A stretch of 64,000 nt of DNA from Candidatus Omnitrophota bacterium (GTDB lineage Bacteria; Omnitrophota; Gorgyraeia; Ghiorseimicrobiales; Ghiorseimicrobiaceae): the NCBI GenBank assembly GCA_030681595.1, contig JAUXSB010000003.1:31207-95206 (forward strand), given 5' to 3'. Below, piece by piece: positions 20,464-30,838 of the stretch. Numbering within the stretch: position 1 is the stretch's first letter; every line of letters starts with the position of its first letter. A program made the position numbers and the translations under genes. The notes under the pieces are model-generated. The model saw nothing but the letters and a program-made list of their open reading frames with translations. It was not told the origin of the DNA and did no database searches.

Positions 20464-21738
20464 TTACTCCAATTTAAATTTACTAATAGACGACTTAAAT
20501 GCCTCGGATAATTTATTCAACTGCATAGCGCTATTGGCTATCTGCTTGGCCGCCACAGCAAACTGCTTGGTAACCGTATCAATGTTTTTCATTGCCTCGG
20601 CGACTTGCGAGGAGGCGGTCTTCTGCTGCTGGGTAGCCAGCGAGATTTCCTTGGAAATCTTGGCACTGTCTTCTACCATCTTTAAACCTTCGGAAACTCC
20701 CTGCGTTGAGTCTTCTATGCCCATTACTACATTATTAGTCTCGGATTGTATTTCACCAATCAGCTGCCTAATCTCACCGGTAGACTCTATGGAACGCTCG
20801 GCTAATTTCCTTACCTCGGAAGCGACTACGGCAAAGCCGCGCCCTGCCTCTCCTGCGCGCGCCGCCTCAATAGCGGCATTTAAAGCCAAAAGGTTGGTCT
20901 GGCTTGAGAGGTCGTCAATCATGGAAGTAATCTTGCCGATGGCCTGCGATTTTTCGCCTAGGCATAAGATTTTCTTGGCGGCATCGGAAACTTTGGCGTT
21001 TATCTCTTTCATTTCAAGCAGGGTGCGCTCTGCGGCACGGGTGACGTTAAAGGCATTTTCGGCAATCGCTGTGGCTGTGCGGGAAAGCTCTTCCATCGTA
21101 GAAGTGGTTTCAGTAACAGCGGAAGCCTGCTCAGTTAAAGCTACGCTCTGCTCTTCGGCGGCAGAACGAATCTGCGTAGTTTCAGCGCTCACTTCCAAGC
21201 CAGCCTCACGAATTTGTTTAATCAACTCTTTCAGGCTTTTAATCATATGGTTGAAAGATTCTACCAGAGGCTTAAGCACAGGCAAGATATCTAAGGCCAT
21301 CTCCTGCGCCAGATTGTTTTCTTTCGAAGCATTTATTGTAAATACAGTTAACCTGCTTATGTCTTCCTCTAATTCCCTTCTTGCCCTAACCGCAGACCCC
21401 TCTTCCATCCTTTTATCTATAAGCATCTGATGCAAGATTTCAACGGTCTTATTAAAAGTCTCGGAGAATTTCCCAAACTCATCATTTGTTTTTACATCTA
21501 ATACTAAATCGTAATTACCCATAGCCAGGCCTTTAGAGGTAATCAATATTATGTCTATGGCGGCTACTATCCCGCGGATCTTCCGCCAGCTAAAAAAAAC
21601 ACATACCCCTACTAATACCAATTGTATCAACACCTTTAAAATTATGGGTATATTCAATAATCCCACCGCTAAAATTCCAAGCGAACCGGCAACAGTACAG
21701 CTGCCGCTTACCAAAATCAATTTATGCCTGACTAGCAT
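20464..21738 (-). CDS. methyl-accepting chemotaxis protein (MCP-1)
   Basis: 424 aa; TM plus HAMP; [34 protein letters not shown] signalling domain. Confidence 0.85.
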   Translation of the reverse strand: MLVRHKLILVSGSCTVAGSLGILAVGLLNIPIILKVLIQLVLVGVCVFFSWRKIRGIVAAIDIILITSKGLAMGNYDLVLDVKTNDEFGKFSETFNKTVEILHQMLIDKRMEEGSAVRARRELEEDISRLTVFTINASKENNLAQEMALDILPVLKPLVESFNHMIKSLKELIKQIREAGLEVSAETTQIRSAAEEQSVALTEQASAVTETTSTMEELSRTATAIAENAFNVTRAAERTLLEMKEINAKVSDAAKKILCLGEKSQAIGKITSMIDDLSSQTNLLALNAAIEAARAGEAGRGFAVVASEVRKLAERSIESTGEIRQLIGEIQSETNNVVMGIEDSTQGVSEGLKMVEDSAKISKEISLATQQQKTASSQVAEAMKNIDTVTKQFAVAAKQIANSAMQLNKLSEAFKSSISKFKLE

Positions 21739-21891
21739 TTAACACCCCCGTTTAAAAACTTAAAAATAAAAAGTAAAAAATAAAATATTATGACTGTTTG
21801 ATTCTCGCGATTTTTAAGCTTCAGTTGTCATTTTTTATTATTGGCTTTTAGTTTTTTATATTTAATATTTAATTTTTATTTTAGTTTTTAA

Positions 21892-24216
21892 CTATCCTGC
21901 CAGCCTCTCGATAGTCTCCAATAAATTAGTCTGGTCAAAGGCACTTTTAACAATATAAGCCTGGGCTCCTACTTCAATGCCGCGCCTCTTGTCTTCTTCT
22001 TTGGCAAGAGCCGTAACAAATATTAAAGGAATATCTTTATACTGCTCCTTTTGTTTAAAAGTCTTGCAAAATTCAAATCCGTCCATTCTCGGCATCTGCA
22101 CATCACAGACAATCAAATCATATTTTACCTGCGCTAATTTATCCAAAGCATCCAAACCGTCTATAGCGGTATTCACATGGTACCCTTGAGATTCCAAAAT
22201 ACTGCGTTCTAGTTCGCGCGTGGTAAGCGAATCCTCTACCACCAATATCTTCTTCTTTGCTTTCTCTTCTATTGAGAAAGTTTTCTGCTGAGCGAGTGCC
22301 GAATGGTCCATCCGGCTTGAAGCAATTAAATCCGCTACGTCTAAAATTACAATCACCTTGCCTGTCCCTAAAACCGTTGCCCCCGCGATGTTCTTGATTT
22401 TACCTAAATGCGGGCCTAAACTTTTAATGAATACCTCCTGCTCCGCCACAATGGTATCTACGATAAAACCAACCCGTTTTTCTAAAGAGGTAACGATAAT
22501 TACATTCAACTCTTCTTTATTTCTTCGTTCTTCATCTTCCTTAATTATGGCCGGTAAACCCAAAACATCGCTTAAACGCACCAATGCAACAGTACGCTCC
22601 CTTACCCGAATAGCCATTTTGTTCTCGACCGTAGAGATATCGGAGGGCTTAATTTTTAAAATCTCCTCTATTGAAAGCATAGGAAAAGCGTAGCTCTGAG
22701 CGTTAACATTAGCCAAAAGCACATCAATTATGGCGATAGTTAACGGCAATTCTAAAATTATCTTTGTACCCTTACCTTTTTCAAAAGTAATATGAACCTT
22801 ACCTTTTAACTTGTCGATCTGGGTCTTGACAATGTCTAACCCTACCCCTCTTCCGGAAATATCGGTGATAATAGGCGAGGTGGAAAACCCGCTCCTGAAA
22901 ATAAATAACGATACCTCTTCTTCGTTCATTTTATGTAATTCTATTTCTGAAGCCAGCCTCTTTTTAAGGATAATTTCTTTAATTTTATCAATATTTAAGC
23001 CCCGGCCGTCATCGGAAACCTCAATAACAACTTGGCCGCCTTCCTGGGCGGCATAAATGCGTATGGTTCCCTCCTCATTCTTACCGGCGGCCTTCCTTTC
23101 CTCGGGTAATTCTATCCCATGGTCAACGCAATTCCTCAAGATATGTATCAGCGGATCCTTTATTGCCTCCAGTACTTTTTTATCCAATTCCGTTTCATCC
23201 CCTTTTACTATCAGATTAATTTTTTTTGCCTGTTCAAATGCGATATCGCGCACCAGGCGCGGAAAATCGTCAAATATCGTTGAACACGAAAGCATCCTTA
23301 TCTCTTTCATCCGCTGTTGCAGCTCATCAATAATCGGATCCATGTGTATGGCTTCATTGGAAATTTCTTCAAATATAGCCGCCATTTCTTCCTTTATTTT
23401 TTCCGCGTCAACATTACACTGGTGCAAAACATCAAGGGAGCGCTTAAAATCAGCGCTGTTTTTAAAATCATCATTATTTTTAAAATCATCAAAAAAAACG
23501 GATAATCTCTTTTGGTGTTCTTTGGTAGACTTAGTTATTTTTTTAAGGGCGATTATTTTCTGCGATGCCTTAATTTTGTTTATCACCATCTCGCCTAACA
23601 GGTTAAGCAGCTTATTTATGCGGCTTAAAGAAACGCGCACATATTCGTCTATCGGCGCAGGCGAGGCTTGCGGCAGGGTGGAATTATTGACAGTTTCAAG
23701 AAAGCTCTCCTCTTTCTTTTTAATAACCTCCTCCTCGGCGGCAGGAGACTCTTTTTTCCTTTCCTCTTTTTTATCTTTTGCGCGGGATTGGGCCTTTAAT
23801 TCCTTATGCAGAGATTTACTATCCCTGCTTACTAAACATAATTCCAGCTCGCTGCATACCACGCTAACATCTATATCAACATGCTGGCCGCGTATAATCT
23901 TATCTAAAATGATTTTTATGGAATCTAAAGCTTTAAAAGTCTTATTTGCTATTTCCGATGAAAACTTCAAATTCTTTTCGGTTAGGGCGCCAAAAATATC
24001 CTCTATGCGGTGGGCGATCTCTTGTATCTCAAAAAAACCCATCATCCGGGCTACGCCTTTTAAAGTGTGCGCTACCCTAAAGAGCTCCTTTAGAAGCTCG
24101 GCATCATCAGGGTTTTTTTCCAAAACCACTAAACCCTTGCTTAATTTGCCTAAATGCTCCTCGGCTTCTGTCTTAAAAGTGGCGATAAACTCTGCCCTGT
24201 TAAATGCCCCTGACAT
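21892..24216 (-). CDS. cheA: chemotaxis histidine kinase CheA with C-terminal receiver domain
   Basis: 774 aa; Hpt AHTLKGVARMMGF; HATPase; CheW-like domain; C-terminal REC KKILVVEDS...CDVQMP. Confidence 0.9.
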   Translation of the reverse strand: MSGAFNRAEFIATFKTEAEEHLGKLSKGLVVLEKNPDDAELLKELFRVAHTLKGVARMMGFFEIQEIAHRIEDIFGALTEKNLKFSSEIANKTFKALDSIKIILDKIIRGQHVDIDVSVVCSELELCLVSRDSKSLHKELKAQSRAKDKKEERKKESPAAEEEVIKKKEESFLETVNNSTLPQASPAPIDEYVRVSLSRINKLLNLLGEMVINKIKASQKIIALKKITKSTKEHQKRLSVFFDDFKNNDDFKNSADFKRSLDVLHQCNVDAEKIKEEMAAIFEEISNEAIHMDPIIDELQQRMKEIRMLSCSTIFDDFPRLVRDIAFEQAKKINLIVKGDETELDKKVLEAIKDPLIHILRNCVDHGIELPEERKAAGKNEEGTIRIYAAQEGGQVVIEVSDDGRGLNIDKIKEIILKKRLASEIELHKMNEEEVSLFIFRSGFSTSPIITDISGRGVGLDIVKTQIDKLKGKVHITFEKGKGTKIILELPLTIAIIDVLLANVNAQSYAFPMLSIEEILKIKPSDISTVENKMAIRVRERTVALVRLSDVLGLPAIIKEDEERRNKEELNVIIVTSLEKRVGFIVDTIVAEQEVFIKSLGPHLGKIKNIAGATVLGTGKVIVILDVADLIASSRMDHSALAQQKTFSIEEKAKKKILVVEDSLTTRELERSILESQGYHVNTAIDGLDALDKLAQVKYDLIVCDVQMPRMDGFEFCKTFKQKEQYKDIPLIFVTALAKEEDKRRGIEVGAQAYIVKSAFDQTNLLETIERLAG

Positions 24217-24219
24217 AGC

Positions 24220-25374
24220 TTAAGTTTCCCTATCTGCTATTTCTTCCCTGAATTTGACTACATGTTTTTTAAGATTATCCGCGAGATCATTCAGCTTGGT
24301 GGAACTAGCAACTGACTGCTTGGCCGCCACGGCAAACTGCTTGGTAACCGTATCGATGTTTTTCATTGCCTCGGCGACTTGCGAGGAGGCGGTCTTCTGC
24401 TGCTGGGTAGCCAGCGAGATTTCTTTGGAAATCTTAGCACTGTCTTCTACCATCTTTAAACCTTCGGAAACACCGCGTGTTGAATCTTCTATGCCCATTA
24501 CTACGCTGTTAGTTTCCGCCTGTATTTCATTAATCAGCTGCCTAATCTCCTCGGTGGACTCGACTGAACGCTCGGCTAATTTCCTTACCTCGGAAGCGAC
24601 TACGGCAAAGCCGCGCCCTGCCTCTCCTGCGCGCGCCGCCTCAATAGCGGCATTTAAAGCCAGGAGGTTGGTCTGGCTTGAGAGGTCGTCAATCATGGAA
24701 GTAATCTTGCCGATGGTCTGCGATTTTTCGCCAAGTGCCAATATTTTCTTGGCGGCATCGGAAACTTTGACGCTTATCTCTTTCATTTCAAGCAGGGTGC
24801 GCTCTGCGGCACGGGTGACGTTATACGCGTTTTCAGCGATAGATGAAGCGGTACGGGAGAGCTCTTCCATTGTGCTGGTAGTTTCAGTGACGGCGGAAGA
24901 CTGTTCAGAGGCACCCGAGGCCTGTTCTTCGGTCGAGGCCATTATTTGGGCAGCGCAGGAAGTTACTTCCAGGCTTGCCTGCTGGATCTGATACATTAAA
25001 TTTCTTATACTTGCTATCCTCTTTACTGCCGCTCCTTCTTCCATCCGTTTATCAATAAGCATCTCATGAAGGATATCTATGGTGCGGTTAAAACTTTCGG
25101 CGAATTTACCAAATTCATCCTTGGTTTTTATATCCAACACTAAATCATAGTTGCCATAATTAAGCCCTTTGGATACATCCACAATCAACTCTAAAGGCGC
25201 AAGAAGCCTAAAAATGCCATATATGATAAGAATTACGCTAACCGCTATTAAGATAAACTTTGAACCGAGGTTTAAAGAAGGGGTTAATTGCAGGGTGTCT
25301 ATCCAGAATAAGCCGATAAAAAGCAAAATAATAGCTGCGCCGGTGATTAATAATAATTTATACTTTACACGCAT
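24220..25374 (-). CDS. methyl-accepting chemotaxis protein (MCP-2), paralog of MCP-1
   Basis: 384 aa. Its signalling domain is near-identical to MCP-1 (about 97% DNA identity over 150 compared bases, 24320-24480 vs 20534-20700). The N-terminal sensor/TM part differs. Confidence 0.85.
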   Translation of the reverse strand: MRVKYKLLLITGAAIILLFIGLFWIDTLQLTPSLNLGSKFILIAVSVILIIYGIFRLLAPLELIVDVSKGLNYGNYDLVLDIKTKDEFGKFAESFNRTIDILHEMLIDKRMEEGAAVKRIASIRNLMYQIQQASLEVTSCAAQIMASTEEQASGASEQSSAVTETTSTMEELSRTASSIAENAYNVTRAAERTLLEMKEISVKVSDAAKKILALGEKSQTIGKITSMIDDLSSQTNLLALNAAIEAARAGEAGRGFAVVASEVRKLAERSVESTEEIRQLINEIQAETNSVVMGIEDSTRGVSEGLKMVEDSAKISKEISLATQQQKTASSQVAEAMKNIDTVTKQFAVAAKQSVASSTKLNDLADNLKKHVVKFREEIADRET

Positions 25375-25547
25375 AACTACCTCCTATCCCGCGTAAAAAA
25401 TTTTACTAAAAAATAAGTAAACTTTCATCGTCACGGCAGCCACAAAAATACCTGCTAAATAAATCAACTTTTCTGCCGGCCTGAAAGATTCTTTAAATAA
25501 ATGGGATCCGGTAGCCTTATTTAGCCTCTAAAAAACCTAGCGCGGGA

Positions 25548-25665
25548 TTTACCCCGTTAGAGAAACCGTCTTATTTTAGTCAGCGGTCATTACTAAATCC
25601 AACGATGGTCAAAACTCAGCGTCAGCGCAAACCATTAGAGAATTTCGTTCTCTAACGGGGTTTAC
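25548..25665. repeat. MITE-like element A with 14-bp terminal inverted repeats (accccgttagagaa / ttctctaacggggt)
   Basis: Read directly; ~118 bp; interior differs from copy B. Confidence 0.5.
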
Positions 25666-25904
25666 TGACTAACCTTAATTTCATCCCCTTTACCGTGATC
25701 CTTATAGACCTTACAAATCTTACAAACGCTGACATCTATGCCGGATTCGCCTTTACAGATAGTACCTTTTATTATCCAGCAAGGATATTCCTGTTTTTTG
25801 TATGCCGCGCAACTTGGCGCCCCACCGGGCTTAATCTCACAACCTCTTACTTCCCAACAAGCTGTTTTTCCGGACCAGAATCCTGTTCCTTTTGGTAAAG
25901 CCAT
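25662..25904 (-). CDS. small Cys/Trp-rich protein (two-CW-like)
   Basis: 80 aa with motifs ACWEVRGCE and YPCWIIKGTIC and 8 Cys. The ATG is preceded by GGGGAGG plus 5 nt. Confidence 0.45.
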   Translation of the reverse strand: MALPKGTGFWSGKTACWEVRGCEIKPGGAPSCAAYKKQEYPCWIIKGTICKGESGIDVSVCKICKVYKDHGKGDEIKVSQ

Positions 25905-26040
25905 CTTTTCCTCCCCTCAATGACGGCATAACTTATGGAGCCAGAGACGACATAAGTTATCAGCCGGAATTGATCCCGATAGTTACAAGAAAATTTAGTA
26001 TAAATTTTCGCAGTGTTTTACTATCGGGACAATGATCCCC
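25905..26040 (-). promoter_or_regulatory. conserved structured intergenic/leader cassette, copy 3
   Basis: Sense orientation: tcccgatagt[aaaacactgcgaaaattta-tac-taaattttc]ttgtaactatcggga, TCAATTCCG, hairpin cataacttatg...cataagttatg, CCGTCATTGAGGGGAGG, aaaag, ATG. Confidence 0.6.
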
Positions 26041-26147
26041 GTCGGTTATCTTATCCTCTGCAATTCGAAGAATTACGAGGACTTAGTCCCTGAAATTGCT
26101 TCGCAATTTCTAGGGGCGAGACGGGACAAACCGACCTTTCTATTTTC

Positions 26148-26669
26148 TTACCTCTTTAAAGCAAAAATCTTTTCTACGTTTAAAATCGCGAAAAAAACAT
26201 CGCCGGATTTGCATTCTCCGACAATATATTCCGCCCGCTCCGGATCCAGCGTCTCCAGCGGCGGGTCGATATTATTTAATTCCACGTCTGCAACTTTAGA
26301 TATCTCATCTACGACTATGCCGGTTTCAAACTCGTTTGCGCGGATAACCAAGATCCGGCTTTCCCTGCCAATAGGCAGAGGTGTAAGACCGAATATCTTT
26401 TTTAAATCAGTAATAGATAAAATATTGCCTCTTAGGTTAACTATACCGGCAATATGTGCCGGCGCGCAAGGAAGATAGGTAAGTTCAAATATTTTTGCCA
26501 CATCTTTTACCTTAGAAATTTCAACCCCGTACCACTCCTTACCGAGCCTAAAATTAATAAAGCGGAGTTTCCGCGCTTCCGGCCGCCTCTCTTCATCATA
26601 AAAATCCTTATCAAGGCCAACCCCTGCTTCCAATGCAGCATCCTTATTTTGCGCTAATTGATTATCCAT
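26148..26669 (-). CDS. CheW-like coupling protein (second copy)
   Basis: 173 aa CheW domain. Confidence 0.7.
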   Translation of the reverse strand: MDNQLAQNKDAALEAGVGLDKDFYDEERRPEARKLRFINFRLGKEWYGVEISKVKDVAKIFELTYLPCAPAHIAGIVNLRGNILSITDLKKIFGLTPLPIGRESRILVIRANEFETGIVVDEISKVADVELNNIDPPLETLDPERAEYIVGECKSGDVFFAILNVEKIFALKR

Positions 26670-26726
26670 AATTATGTTACAATAACATAAATAACGCTTT
26701 AAGGCAATTATTTTTACAGAGATATT

Positions 26727-27617
26727 TTAGTTCTTATACCTTCCTGAGACATTCGGCTTCGGCTCCATATGTATAATAACATCCGAAACACCTGAGATTT
26801 TATCTTTTATTTCTGTTTCTATTCTGTAACTTAATTTATGGGCGATATCCATACGCATATCATTCATTACTAAAACATGTAGGTCAACATGTATGTCATC
26901 ACATCTGCCGCGCGTACGGATCTTATGGACGCTCAAAACTCCTTCTATGGACATGGCTATTTCCTCTATCTTTTTTGTATCTACCACCGCTGAATCGCAA
27001 AGCACTAACGCGCTGTCCCTTAAAATCTCTACAGCGGCATGGGCGATAAATACCGAAATAAAGATAGCGATAAGCGGGTCCAGGAAATACCACCCTGACT
27101 TTACCGCGAATAATGCCGCAATTACAGAAAACGAAGTAAGTATATCCGCCTTAGTATGCGCGGAATCTGCTATTAATATATCGCTCTTTAGGCGCCTGCC
27201 TGCATTATATTCATAGAACACAACCATAAAATTAATAATTAAAGTGGCAAACATCACCGCAAAACTTAAAAAGTTCGCATCGGGGACAACCGGTTTGCGA
27301 AAACGCTCTATGCTTTCATGGATTATCCCGATACAGACAAAGAACAATAAAAATGCAATCCCTATAGAGGCGAACGTTTCGTACTTTTTGTGGCCGTATG
27401 GATGAGATTCGTCTTTCGGGCGCGAGGCAAGCCAGATACCCAGAAAGCCGATGATGTTTGATGCTCCATCAGACAAAGAATGATAACCGTCGGCGACCAT
27501 AGAACTGCTTTTAATAATATAGCCCATGATAAGTTTGGCCAAAGCGACCACCCAGTTTAAGGCTAATACATAAATAAGCAGCCTCTTTATTTCTAACGCC
27601 CTATTTTTGGCACCCAT
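26727..27617 (-). CDS. cation diffusion facilitator (CDF) metal efflux transporter
   Basis: 296 aa with HSLSDGASN and HPYGHKKYE motifs; 6 TM plus a C-terminal cytoplasmic domain. Confidence 0.8.
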   Translation of the reverse strand: MGAKNRALEIKRLLIYVLALNWVVALAKLIMGYIIKSSSMVADGYHSLSDGASNIIGFLGIWLASRPKDESHPYGHKKYETFASIGIAFLLFFVCIGIIHESIERFRKPVVPDANFLSFAVMFATLIINFMVVFYEYNAGRRLKSDILIADSAHTKADILTSFSVIAALFAVKSGWYFLDPLIAIFISVFIAHAAVEILRDSALVLCDSAVVDTKKIEEIAMSIEGVLSVHKIRTRGRCDDIHVDLHVLVMNDMRMDIAHKLSYRIETEIKDKISGVSDVIIHMEPKPNVSGRYKN

Positions 27618-27963
27618 ATTTATCCAATATCCCGTCTAACTGTTTGAGCATAAAAGGTTTTCTTAGAAATTCATCCACGCCGGCGACTTTCGCGAAAACT
27701 TCGCCTATATCCTTATACCCGGAAATCATAACCAACTTTGCCTGAGGATTTTCTTTTTTTATCGTCTTGATCAAATCTACGCCTGATAAATACGGCATAT
27801 CGCAATCAATAAATACAATATCATAGGTATCGCTTTCCACGCAACGCTTGGCTTCCCGTCCGTCAAAGGCAAGGCTTATTTCGTAATCATTATTTTTCTT
27901 CTTGAGGTATCTCTTCAGCGATAAACAATACTCTCTATCGTCGTCAGCAATAAGAATTTTCAT
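27601..27963 (-). CDS. single-domain response regulator receiver
   Basis: 120 aa with ILIADDDRE...IDCDMP. Confidence 0.8.
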   Translation of the reverse strand: MKILIADDDREYCLSLKRYLKKKNNDYEISLAFDGREAKRCVESDTYDIVFIDCDMPYLSGVDLIKTIKKENPQAKLVMISGYKDIGEVFAKVAGVDEFLRKPFMLKQLDGILDKYGCQK

Positions 27964-27971
27964 TTTTTATT

Positions 27972-28098
27972 TTTTACCCCGTTAGAGATACCCTATCTAC
28001 TGCTTAAGACCAACTACTTATTTATAGAAGCTCTATTCTGTTTTTGCCTATCCCGTAATAGACGGCCATCTATGATGGCCTATCTCTAACGGGGTTTA
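27972..28098. repeat. MITE-like element B with 15-bp terminal inverted repeats (accccgttagagata / tatctctaacggggt)
   Basis: Read directly; ~127 bp. It overlaps the last codons of the aldolase gene and contains the internal palindrome ggccatc-tat-gatggcc. Confidence 0.5.
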
Positions 28099-28877
28099 TG
28101 CTTTATCTCTTCATACAGCTCAAATGCCTGTTTTACCTTCGCCTTCTTATGTACGATTTCCCTCACTGCCATAATCATTCCAACAGGACAGTCAGATTGA
28201 AAAATATTCCTGCCCATATCCACCCCTATCGCTCCGTCGGACACTGCATTAAACGCCAGCTCCAGGGCAGCTTTTTCCTCAATTTTTTTTCCTCCGGCAA
28301 TAACCACCGGAACCGGGCATTCCTTAACTACCTGCGTAAAATTCTCGCAATAATAAGTTTTTACAAAATGCGCACCCAATTCCGCGGCAATCCTGCAACA
28401 CAGGCTCAAATAACGCGCGTCGCGGTTCATTTCTTTGCCTACGGCAGTAACTGCTAATACCGGAATGCCGTACTTTTGGCCTTCATCTACAAGATGAGCA
28501 AGGCTCAACAGCGTCTCTTTCTCGTATTCGCTACCCACAAATATCGAAAGAGCAACCGCGGAAACATTTAACCGTAAAGCATCCTCCATTGAAACAGTGA
28601 GCCCTTCGTTAGCTAAGGATTTTCCGATAACGCTTGTGCCTCCGGAAACGCGCAAAACAACCGGGACGTCATCTTGGGCATTAACGGACGCACGCAAGAT
28701 ACCCCGAGTAAGCATAAGAGAATCCGCGTACGGCAGAAGCGGCTTAATAGTTTCTTTCGGCTCTTCTAAACCTGAAGTAGGCCCTAAAAAATAACCATGG
28801 TCTATAGCCAGCATTACAGTACGTCCTGTCTCCGGTTTTATTATACGAGATAACCTGTTTTTTAATCCCCAATCCAT
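28086..28877 (-). CDS. DhnA-type class I aldolase family protein
   Basis: I moved the start from track ATG 28901 to ATG 28877, preceded by GGAGG plus 6 nt; the track N-terminus SSLRRKS is the translated leader motif. AIDHGYFLGP and GAHFVKTYY motifs. Confidence 0.55.
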   Translation of the reverse strand: MDWGLKNRLSRIIKPETGRTVMLAIDHGYFLGPTSGLEEPKETIKPLLPYADSLMLTRGILRASVNAQDDVPVVLRVSGGTSVIGKSLANEGLTVSMEDALRLNVSAVALSIFVGSEYEKETLLSLAHLVDEGQKYGIPVLAVTAVGKEMNRDARYLSLCCRIAAELGAHFVKTYYCENFTQVVKECPVPVVIAGGKKIEEKAALELAFNAVSDGAIGVDMGRNIFQSDCPVGMIMAVREIVHKKAKVKQAFELYEEIKHKPR

Positions 28878-29013
28878 GGATTTCCTCCTCAATGACGACA
28901 TAATTTACGGAAACGAAGTTGACGTAAATTATATGTCGGAATTGATCCCGCCGAATGTACCAAAATTATAGAATATAATTTTGGTACATTTTATGAGGCG
29001 GGATAAACATTAA
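28878..29013 (-). promoter_or_regulatory. conserved structured intergenic/leader cassette, copy 4
   Basis: Sense orientation: cccgcc...[gtaccaaaattata-ttc-tataattttggtac]...ggcggg, ATCAATTCCG, hairpin gacatataatttacg...cgtaaattatgtc, GTCATTGAGGAGG, aaatcc, ATG. Confidence 0.6.
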
Positions 29014-30063
29014 TCATTTCTGCGGATAAATAATTACTTTCACCGATTCTTTTGCCTCACTGACTAATTTAAAACCCAAAGCCGTATCTTTAAGCGGAAG
29101 CCGGTGCGTAATCATTTTCTCTAAACTAAGGCGCCCGGATTTTATCCAATCTAGCGCCTCGATGTGGTCGCAAGGGCTGCCTGCGTATGAAGAAATAATT
29201 TTACGCTCTGTACGCCAAAAGAGCTTATTTACCGGTAAATTTACGGCCGCGTCTTTATCGGTAGGCGCAAAAAATATTATTGTCCCTGCCAAATCCACTG
29301 ATTCAAACGCCTGATTTATAGCACTTGTTGCTCCCGTGCATAAGATAACTACATCAGCAAACCTTCCTTTATTGAGCTGGTAAAACCCTTGAGGCGTAAA
29401 TTCTTTTGCGTTTACGGCAAAGTCTGCGCCTAACTCTTTAGCTTTACTAAGCCGATGCTCATTGATATCTACCGCTACAATTAAACCAGCACCGCTTGCC
29501 CGCGCAAGATGGATATGTAAAAGCCCGGCTATTCCGCTTCCAATAACTAAAATTGATTGGTTCTTAGATAGATCGGCAATTCTTTGAGCTCGCAAGACAC
29601 AGGCAAGCGGCTCAATAAATGTAGCCAAATCAAAAGAAATATTTTCCGGCAGGCGATATACGCCGTCACGCACATTTATCGCCGGCAGGCGCACATATTC
29701 TGAAAATCCCCCGGGATAAAAATTAGTTTTACGCAGCGTCTCGCAGACCGTCTGGTAGCCATTTTTACAATAATAACACTCGTTGCAAGGGACATGGTGC
29801 GAAGCAGAAACCCTATCGCCCGTATCATATCCTTTAACGCCTTCTCCAACCTCAGCAACAGTCGCGGCTATTTCATGGCCCAATACTAAAGGAACCTTAT
29901 CTTTCCTGTACCACTCCATCACATCAGAACCGCATATCCCTGATGCCTCAACGCGTAACAAAAGCTCGCCCCTGCCTATTTTAGGCTTATCCGTTTCTTC
30001 GATACGCACATCAGAATTGCTGTAATATTTTGCTATACGCATATTCGTCATTCTTCCGAGCAT
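29014..30063 (-). CDS. zinc-dependent medium-chain dehydrogenase (threonine/sorbitol dehydrogenase-like)
   Basis: 349 aa with GHEIAATVAEVGEGV and CNECYYCKNG structural-Zn motif. Confidence 0.75.
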   Translation of the reverse strand: MLGRMTNMRIAKYYSNSDVRIEETDKPKIGRGELLLRVEASGICGSDVMEWYRKDKVPLVLGHEIAATVAEVGEGVKGYDTGDRVSASHHVPCNECYYCKNGYQTVCETLRKTNFYPGGFSEYVRLPAINVRDGVYRLPENISFDLATFIEPLACVLRAQRIADLSKNQSILVIGSGIAGLLHIHLARASGAGLIVAVDINEHRLSKAKELGADFAVNAKEFTPQGFYQLNKGRFADVVILCTGATSAINQAFESVDLAGTIIFFAPTDKDAAVNLPVNKLFWRTERKIISSYAGSPCDHIEALDWIKSGRLSLEKMITHRLPLKDTALGFKLVSEAKESVKVIIYPQK

Positions 30064-30202
30064 GTTTAAATCTACTCGTCATTAAAATAAAAATGCTTCT
30101 GAAACTTTATAAAAAAGCGATAGATGTTTCTTTTGTCGCCCGATGTTTTTCACTTCGCTGGGCACATTTTAGGCGCAGGGATTTGCTTAAAAAACCACTC
30201 CT

Positions 30203-30778
30203 TCATCTTAAACAAAAGGTTTTGCCATCCATCATTTTTTCCAGCCAAAAAACCTTCGTTATTTCATGCACTTCAGTGCTTCCGACAAACAAAAAATCTA
30301 ATTTCGGCCCCATTTGTTTTAAATATTCCTCTAACAAAATAAACTCATCTTTTTGATCATCATAACGTGTTAAAATTAAACGGCCGCCGGATTCGAGCAT
30401 GTCGAGATATCTCTTTAAGTATTTTTCTTGGCCTCTTTTCCCCCTCAAATCAAAAGATGTACAGATAAAAGTAAATTTTCTCTTTGGTTTAAATTTATAT
30501 TTGTCAGCGACCATGAAATTCATTTTAAATCCGGGAATCTTTTCTTTGCACTCTCCTACAAGCTCTTTACTAATATCAATTCCGAAAGGTATGAGGGTAA
30601 TGCCTTTCTCCTGCGCCCAAATACATAAATCTCTGAGTAAAATACCATTTGCACACCCAACGTCAAGAAAAGTTCCGTCTTTATGAACGCCTTCTAAAAT
30701 TACTTCTCTTGCTTTTCGCCACATTTCTTTCGAATTCAGCCAGGAAGATCGCGTTAGTTCAACATCGCAATTATCCAT
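30203..30778 (-). CDS. class I SAM-dependent methyltransferase (small)
   Basis: 191 aa with FLDVGCANG motif I. Confidence 0.5.
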   Translation of the reverse strand: MDNCDVELTRSSWLNSKEMWRKAREVILEGVHKDGTFLDVGCANGILLRDLCIWAQEKGITLIPFGIDISKELVGECKEKIPGFKMNFMVADKYKFKPKRKFTFICTSFDLRGKRGQEKYLKRYLDMLESGGRLILTRYDDQKDEFILLEEYLKQMGPKLDFLFVGSTEVHEITKVFWLEKMMDGKTFCLR

Positions 30779-30838
30779 AAATTTTTTCCAGCGGCGCTTC
30801 GCTCACCGCAATCTTTCTCTATTCCAAGTCTAAATTTA

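Noticed and set aside
23057-24223. 388-aa plus-strand ORF opposite cheA, and the similar long plus-strand ORFs 20534-21430 and 24254-24991 opposite the MCP genes
   Set aside because: Ser/Leu/Ala-rich low-complexity translations lying antisense to well-supported minus-strand genes. They are mirror-frame artefacts of GC-richer coding DNA, with no SD or motif.
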